Positions 56,581 to 64,000 of a stretch of DNA of 64,000 nt are shown piece after piece; position 1 is the stretch's first letter, and every line of letters starts with the position of its first letter. The notes under the pieces are model-generated. The model was not told the origin of the DNA and did no database searches. It was given only the letters and a program-made list of their open reading frames with translations. Origin of the DNA: Balanoglossus misakiensis. Taxonomy: Eukaryota; Animalia; Hemichordata. The stretch covers positions 1,736,001 through 1,800,000 of the forward strand of contig CM082590.2 in assembly GCA_040954595.2 (NCBI GenBank), in the 5' to 3' direction. The position numbers were made by a program, and so were the translations under genes.

Positions 56581-58725
56581 TTGGTCTCTTCTGTGGCTAC
56601 ATTGTTTGGGGATTGTATATTGCTATGGTTACAATCAGCTAAACATTGGTCTCTTCTGTGACTACATTGTTTGGGGATTGTATATTGCTATGGTTACAAT
56701 CAGCTAAACATTGGTCTCTTCTGTGGCTACACTGTTTGGGGATTGTATATTGCTATGGTTACATTCAGCTAAACATTGGTCTCTTCTGTGGCTACACTGT
56801 TTGGGGATTGCATATTGCTATGGTTACAGTCAGCTAAACATTGATCTCTTCTGTGGCTACACTGTTTGGGGATTGCATATTGCTATGGTTACAGTCAGCT
56901 AAACATTGGTCTCTTCTGTGGCTACACTGTTTGGGGATTGCATATTGCTATGGTTACAGTCAGCTAAACATTGGTCTCTTCTGTGGCTACACTGTTTGGG
57001 GATTGCATATTGCTATGGTTACAATCAGCTAAACATTGGTCTCTTCTGTGGCTACACTGTTTGGGGATTGTATATTGCTATAGTTACAATCAGCTAAACA
57101 TTGATCTCTTCTGTGGCTACACTGTTTGGGGATTGTATATTGCTATGGTTACAGACAGCTAAACATTGATCTCTTCTGTGGCTACACTGTTTGGGGATTG
57201 TATATTGCTATGGTTACAATCAGCTAAACATTGGTCTCTTCTGTGGCTACACTGTTTGGGGATTGTATATTGCTATGGTTACAGTCAGCTAAACATTGAT
57301 CTCTTCTGTGGCTACACTGTTTGGGGATTGTATATTGCTATGGTTACAGTCAGCTAAACATTGGTCTCTTCTGTGGCTACACTGTTTGGGGATTGTATAT
57401 TGCTATGGTTACAGTCAGCTAAACATTGATCTCTTCTGTGGCTACACTGTTTGGGGATTGTATATTGCTATGGTTACAGTCAGCTAAACATTGATCTCTT
57501 CTGTGGCTACACTGTTTGGGGATTGTATATTGCTATGGTTACAGTCAGCTAAACATTGGTCTCTTCTGTGGCTACACTGTTTGGGGATTGTATATTGCTA
57601 TGGTTACAGTCAGCTAAACATTGGTCTCTTCTGTGGCTACACTGTTTGGGGATTGTATATTGCTATGGTTACAATCAGCTAAACATTGGTCTCTTCTGTG
57701 GCTACACTGTTTGGGGATTGTATATTGCTATGGTTACAATCAGCTAAACATTGGTCTCTTCTGTGGCTACACTGTTTGGGGATTGTATATTGCTATGGTT
57801 ACAGTCAGCTAAACATTGGTCTCTTCTGTGGCTACACTGTTTGGGGATTGTATATTGCTATGGTTACAGTCAGCTAAACATTGGTCTCTTCTGTGGCTAC
57901 ACTGTTTGGGGATTGTATATTGCTATGGTTACAGTCAGCTAAACATTGGTCTCTTCTGTGGCTACAGTGTTTGGGGATTGTATATTGCTATGGTTACAAT
58001 CAGCTAAACATTGGTCTCTTCTGTGGCTACACTGTTTGGGGATTGTATATTGCTATGGTTACAATCAGCTAAACATTGGTCTCTTCTGTGGCTACACTGT
58101 TTGGGGATTGTATATTGCTATGGTTACATTCAGCTAAACATTGGTCTCTTCTGTGGCTACACTGTTTGGGGATTGCATATTGCTATGGTTACAGTCAGCT
58201 AAACATTGATCTTTTCTGTGGCTACACTGTTTGGGGATTGTATATTGCTATGGTTACAATCAGCTAAACATTGGTCTCTTCTGTGGCTACACTGTTTGGG
58301 GATTGTATATTGCTATGGTTACAGTCAGCTAAACATTGATCTCTTCTGTGGCTACACTGTTTGGGGATTGTATATTGCTATGGTTACAGTCAGCTAAACA
58401 TTGATCTCTTCTGTGGCTACACTGTTTGGGGATTGTATATTGCTATGGTTACAGTCAGCTAAACATTGGTCTCTTCTGTGGCTACATTGTTTGGGGATTG
58501 TATATTGCTATGGTTACAGTCAGCTAAACATTGATCTCTTCTGTGGCTACACTGTTTGGGGATTGTATATTGCTATGGTTACAATTAGCTAAACATTGAT
58601 CTCTTCTGTGGCTACACTGTTTGGGGATTGTATATTGCTATGGTTACAATTAGCTAAACATTGATCTCTTCTGTGGCTACACTGTTTGGGGATTGTATAT
58701 TGCTATGGTTACAGTCAGCTAAACA
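56581..58725. repeat. 65-bp intronic minisatellite, 33 copies
   Basis: Unit TTGGTCTCTTCTGTGGCTACACTGTTTGGGGATTGTATATTGCTATGGTTACAGTCAGCTAAACA; 2145 bp = 33 x 65. Confidence 0.97.
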
Positions 58726-59684
58726 CATATCCTGTCTATCCATTGCACACATTTTAAAATTTGAAATCAACCGCACACTCGTACTGAACACATGTTTGTT
58801 GAAATTGTATCTCAGAATTTTTCCAATTATAATTATGCATAATATAAACAAATTAACAAATGTGAAAACTTATCTTTGGAAATTTGTTTGCAAGGGAGAA
58901 AAAGTAATCTGTATTTTAAAAATCAGACAAAGTTTTGCTGACAGGGTACACAAGTTTCAATGGATTTTGTTAAAATGAGAATGATAGAGAGTGTTAAAAT
59001 TCCTAGAAAGGGATCGCCATGGATATTGAGGACTTTGGTGTAAAAAACAATTAATTGATCAAGAAATATGTGGTTAAGAATATGTGTCATCAACCTCACA
59101 CGATACTATAAGACTGTCTGATATATTCATGTACAAGTATTTTCACTACTTATTTGCATAATTCAATGAAATTAACATAAATTATCAACCTATAGCTAAA
59201 TAAATTACCTCTGCAAAGAATAAATATACATTTAGAATATTCATACAGTTTTCATCTCATTTTAAAAACAATACAAGATGCTTCTCTGAGGGTACAGTAA
59301 TTTTTAACGGGTATATTCTTGATAACTCATCACCATGAATGAGCATTTCAAAACTTAACAAGGCATATGGCTAAAGAGGATTCAGTGTTTGTGCACCTTC
59401 TATCCACAATGCTGGATCTATTGACAGTTTTCAAAGGGGTTTAAAGACTTGTCTTTTTATTCAGCACTATTTCATTCCATTGCTTTTTTGGTTTATAGGG
59501 ATTGTCTTTCAGAACTGCTTCTGTTTGTTTTGGGTTTTTAAGTGTAATTTTTTATCCTTTAAGCTTTCACTTGTTTTCTAATTTTATTATTTTCTGTAGA
59601 AAATGCACTGAGATGTATGTGTATTACATTTGTTAGGAAATAAATAATAATAAATTTATTAATAATAACTATCTTTGATTTCAG

Positions 59685-59801
59685 ATGTCAATGAATATAT
59701 GGAGAGAGCAGATCTTTGTGAAGGCCAGTGTGTGAATACAGCAGGCTCTTTTTATTGCACTTGTGCTGTGGAATATTGATTGGTCAATGGAGAGTGTACA
59801 G
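59685..59801 (+). pseudogene. Calcium-binding EGF-like exon with premature stop
   Basis: TTTCAG|...|GTAAGA; (D)VNEYMERADLCEGQCVNTAGSFYCTCAVEY*LVNGECT. The first Cys position is Tyr (TAT) and there is an in-frame TGA. Confidence 0.85.
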
Positions 59802-59815
59802 GTAAGATCAACACA

Positions 59816-60190
59816 ATATAGAAATAATGCACGACGCCCTGACCATTAACGTTTGTTTATGGGCAAGGGCGAGGGGAAAGCCCAAAATTCATGGGCAAGG
59901 CTTCTGAGCCCATGAAATTTGGCTTTCCTAGAGCCCGAGCCCTGCATTTATTTCCATTACATTACCAACAATCTCAAGAAAACCATAAATATTTATGAAA
60001 ATGTCCCACACACAAGACTAGGGGCCCCGGAACTTGTGTTATGCAAAATGTTGTGTTCACTGAACTGTTTGCTAATATTACTATTCAGATTTACGGGCAT
60101 GTAAACAAACCATTACTGGGTATTTGTGGTCAGTGATGTCGTTCATCTTGACCAATTAAAATGCGACGCACAGACCATGGTAATATAATA
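59816..60190. mobile_element. Degenerate non-autonomous element with subterminal hairpin
   Basis: Imperfect palindrome GGGAAAGCCCAAAATTCATGGGC...GCCCATGAAATTTGGCTTTCC and short inverted pair ATTACATTACC / GGTAATATAAT; same layout as 61240-63818. Confidence 0.4.
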
Positions 60191-61736
60191 TGTGGGCAAT
60201 GAAAGGTCCTATATCTGTAACTTTTGAATTTTTATTCAGTATTATGCTGGTTATCAACCATCATTTCTTGTTCAGCTCGGTGAAGCAGGGTAAGCAATGT
60301 TGTTATTATTTAAAAATTGTATTCAAGCCTGGGTCTGGACTTGGATGCAATTTGTCAATAACAACAGTGATTGGTAACTGCATGTTTACATAACTGGCTA
60401 TCTGTTAAAGAGACCATTTGCTGTGTGTACAGTACACATGCCATTGGCAGCTTATGGGTCAGCCAGTGTTTGCCTGTTAATCTCTCGATGTGTGTGTGTG
60501 TTATTCTGTCTGTACAGTCAGATCGCATGATCCATTAACATATGTTAATGAGGGAAAGTACTTCAAACCATGTAGCCGTTAGAGTGGGCCCCGCTGAAGG
60601 GTCGCGAAATAGGCCATTTTTTTACGCGACATTATAGAGCTGATTTCAGGCGAAGAGGACTGTGTACAAAATTGAGTATAGACAACTCAGGTTTTAAAGG
60701 ATTTTCATCATTTCCACTGTGTCAACGTCACTACATCCTTGCTATGAGAAAAAGCCATCCCTTGTGTACTTCGTGCTTATCACGGGCAAACAATTTGTTT
60801 AAAATCCCTGATTTTGATATGGTGCAAACATTTCACTAACAGACTAACACACTTTTTGCCCTTACTCAAGACAGCCTGATTTGTTTGAAATGTTATAAAA
60901 CATTTGTTGCTTCAGCAGAAAAAGCCAGGTGTAGTATTTAACAAGGCCTATTCATGTTTCAATTTCAATTTCAATTTCAATTTATTACCCTTGTTGAAAG
61001 TTGAAAAGTATTTACATAACTCATGAGTGAGACAGGTTGAGAGAAGGGTAATTGGGAAACAGAAAATAGCAGGTGCTAGTCAAGTCTGTTCCTATTCCTC
61101 TGTACATTGCGGTATAAAAAATATTTACATTTCTATTTGAGGGCAGTGTATTTCTTTGAGAGAAGCATTGTAAAGGCAATTATTTACATAGACAGTAACT
61201 AAAATTGCATGAAATAAATACATTGAATGAATAATTAAATAATAACACATGTTAGCGAGGGCAATATCATGATCTTTGGCCTGCACGAGGGATGGTGATC
61301 TCTGACCATAATATTGATGATGCCCGAGCCGCAGGCGAGGGTATCATCAATATTATGGTCAGAGATCACCAGCACGAGGGCAGGCCAAAGATCATGATAT
61401 TGCCCGAGCATGACATGTGTTATTAATTTTATTATACCGAACATTTGACCATACATACAGCCTAGAGGGTTGCGTCCATGTCGTACATTGCAGGTTGCCG
61501 GAACTAAAATATCTCGCCATACCTACTTCGAACTCAGATAATCTTGAGGAAACCGCGCTGTTGGTTGCGACTTTGGTGTATTTACTGCCCGTTTGCGGTA
61601 AAATATCGTCCAGTTGAACAGCTGTTAATCCTGTGTGTCGCTTTGAAGCCATATATGCGGGAGTTGACTAATCGTAAAGGAAGCCATTGAACGACAGTTT
61701 GTTATGCGCAGAAAAGATGCGCAGAACCTAAAACCC

Positions 61737-63652
61737 CCCTTACCAAATTTCCGAGTGCTCGGGTGCACCTCGGGTGCACCTAAAATACACCCAAAACACA
61801 CCAATAGCACTTAGACCCACCCGTAACCTACCTAAAACACACCACTGTAAGATGAGGTGGGTTTTGGGTGGGTGGTCTAACCCACCCGAAATCCACCCCT
61901 ACAACATAAACTGAATAGGTGTCTTACGGGTGCACCCGAAATACACCTTCTGATATCAGCAGTGGCCGTTAAGGCACCCAAAACACACCCGCTTTCGACT
62001 TTGCAACTTTTTCACATAGGGAAGGCACTCAAAACACACCCGCTTTCGACTTTGCAACTTTTTCACATCGGGAAGGCACCAAAAACACACCCGCTTTCGA
62101 CTTTGCAACTTTTTCACAACAAGAAGGCACCCAAAACACACCCGCTTTAGACTTTGCAACTTTTTCACATCGAGAAGGCACCCAAAACACACCCGCTTTA
62201 GACTTAGCAACTTTTTCACATCAGTTAGTTGATGAAAAATTATATCATCTGTTGAAGTTGGAAAATTTCTGAATATATTTTATTAAATAATTAACAGCTC
62301 CAAGGAATAAAAAACATTTTTTTTGTCCATTTATATGTACTGGAATATCGCACAAAATCAAGTTCTGTCTCTTTTTTTTGGAGATCACGATTTTAATAAA
62401 AGTTTTCCACGATTTATTCACCACAAACTACAACCCTTGCAAGTTGTACTGGCCGAAATACAATACTTGACTTTTGACCCGGGACGTCATTAACATACGT
62501 AACCGGATTGGTCCATTCATAATAACGTCATTGAACAGTCATACTGGCAAGTCCACATCGTAGACACGGAAGTCAATGTCGGAAAGCCATTTCGACGCAG
62601 TTTTAGCAAAATTTGTGAAATCGTTTCGTTGTTCCGACTACTTTAGGCGTCAGAGATGACGTGCGGATATCAAAACACGTAAGATCATGACAAGGGAGGT
62701 CAGTCACGTACGTTCATCTCGCGCATCGGTCGACATGGTCATAACAATGTGGCCGCCATTCTCGATGTCAGTAAACAGTCGCATTGAAACACATCGCGTT
62801 TTGATACGACTCGGACGATTGTAAGTACCAAACGCGTTTTGAACGAACACCTACTCCTGTGGTGTGTCCATTGATAGCTGTTGATTTGACCGTACTCATT
62901 ACAAGAAATCTCGATCGCCATTTAAGGACGATGATGCATGGACGAGCATCCGCGGGAATGGTTCATTCAAAATGGCGTGGACATTGCATGTACGTTGCAT
63001 ACATGTAATATCGTTCCCGGACAGAAATGTGAAGCAGCATGCCTCGGATAACTTAATTATTGCTGTGAAACCACTGACTATATTCTGATCACGGTGACCA
63101 CATTTCCATCGAACTTAGTGTAGATTACAAGTGTTTGTACATAGCTAGTCGAACTGTACTATGTAGCTCTATCATTTTATCCATCATTTTATTTTTACTG
63201 TACTGTACAAAAGAACTTTATTAAGTTTACAATTAGCAATATATTGACTTTTAGTTTTATTAACAAAAATTGTATTGGCTGTTTTTTTCACATTGTGTGT
63301 GTGTGTGTATGAACCACTGCAGCAACTGCATAATATCATTCAGGTGTGTTTTAGGTGCCACCTAAAGTGCACCCGGAGTATGTTGTTCCGGGTGCGTTTC
63401 AGGTGCATCCATACCATATCATACGGGTGTGTTTCAGGTGCCACCTAAGGTGCACCTCGGGTGTGCTCTATTTCGGGTGCCTTTTGGGTGCACCTATAAT
63501 GCACCTGTTTTGTACACCCGAAACACACCTAAAGTGACCAATTTAAGGTGGTTTCGGGTGTGTTCTGAGGGGTGTGTTTCGGGTGCCACCTAAGGTGCAC
63601 CCGGGGTGTGTTCTTTTGGGTGCCTTTCGGGTGCACCCGATTTTGGTAAGGG
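61737..63652. mobile_element. Non-autonomous CMC/EnSpm-like DNA transposon
   Basis: TIR CCCTTACCAAA...TTTGGTAAGGG, 2-bp CC flanks, and multiple subterminal GGGTGCACC / AAACACACC motifs at both ends. Confidence 0.72.
61971..62221. repeat. 51-bp tandem repeat, ~5 copies
   Basis: Unit AAGGCACCCAAAACACACCCGCTTTCGACTTTGCAACTTTTTCACATCGGG. Confidence 0.88.
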
Positions 63653-64000
63653 CCGTTCTCAGCCTGTAATATTCTCTCAGCGCGCGCGTATCCCCGGCCC
63701 GTAGCCCCTACCAACGGGCCATATACTCTGTCAACCATGTAATATCACGTTCTTTTCTATGTCACGTGGTACGGTCTCAGCCAATCAATAGTACGGAATA
63801 CAGAGTGAGGTATAATAAATTGAACTAATATGTATAAAGATATATATATTTATAATTAATTTTCTAAATACATCTGTTTGAGCGAGTACCGGAAAGTTTT
63901 TTGGGATTTTTTGTTTTTTATTTGTTCTGGTAATGAATTCCATAAGAGAGGGCCATTATAAGATATTGCAAATTTGCCCATTGTTGTATTTACACTTGGA

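Larger units (their letters stand above)
61240..63818. mobile_element. Non-autonomous element with a long terminal hairpin (Crypton-like layout), interrupted by a nested transposon
   Basis: 186-bp near-palindrome at 61240-61425, then TTATTATACC (61429-61438), whose reverse complement GGTATAATAA is at 63809-63818. Confidence 0.55.

Noticed and set aside
56447-58978. Series of 63-aa ORFs and the 86-aa ORF at 56447
   Set aside because: Artefacts of the 65-bp repeat; the real EGF exon is in another frame.

Overview
Eukaryotic, repeat-dominated DNA; it looks like animal sequence, but the species cannot be identified. About 1-47,140 is a 142-bp satellite array of roughly 228 monomers with local higher-order repeats, interrupted by two clean insertions. 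(1) A 4.4-kb Ngaro-type retrotransposon (10003-14379, minus strand) has complete A1...B1-A2-B2 split direct repeats, a gag-like ORF and RT/RNase H, but no tyrosine recombinase ORF. (2) A 10.4-kb TIR DNA transposon (29578-39969) sits in the satellite's TGTCTATAGACA palindrome. It encodes a spliced integrase-like DDE transposase and a convergent three-exon RING-finger protein, an IS3EU-like architecture. It also carries nested cargo, including a tiny non-coding LTR element with PBS, PPT and a GGGT TSD. The last 17 kb holds non-autonomous DNA elements, a 65-bp minisatellite and disabled exons of a calcium-binding EGF gene. All family assignments rest on motifs and architecture read by eye; no database search was run.
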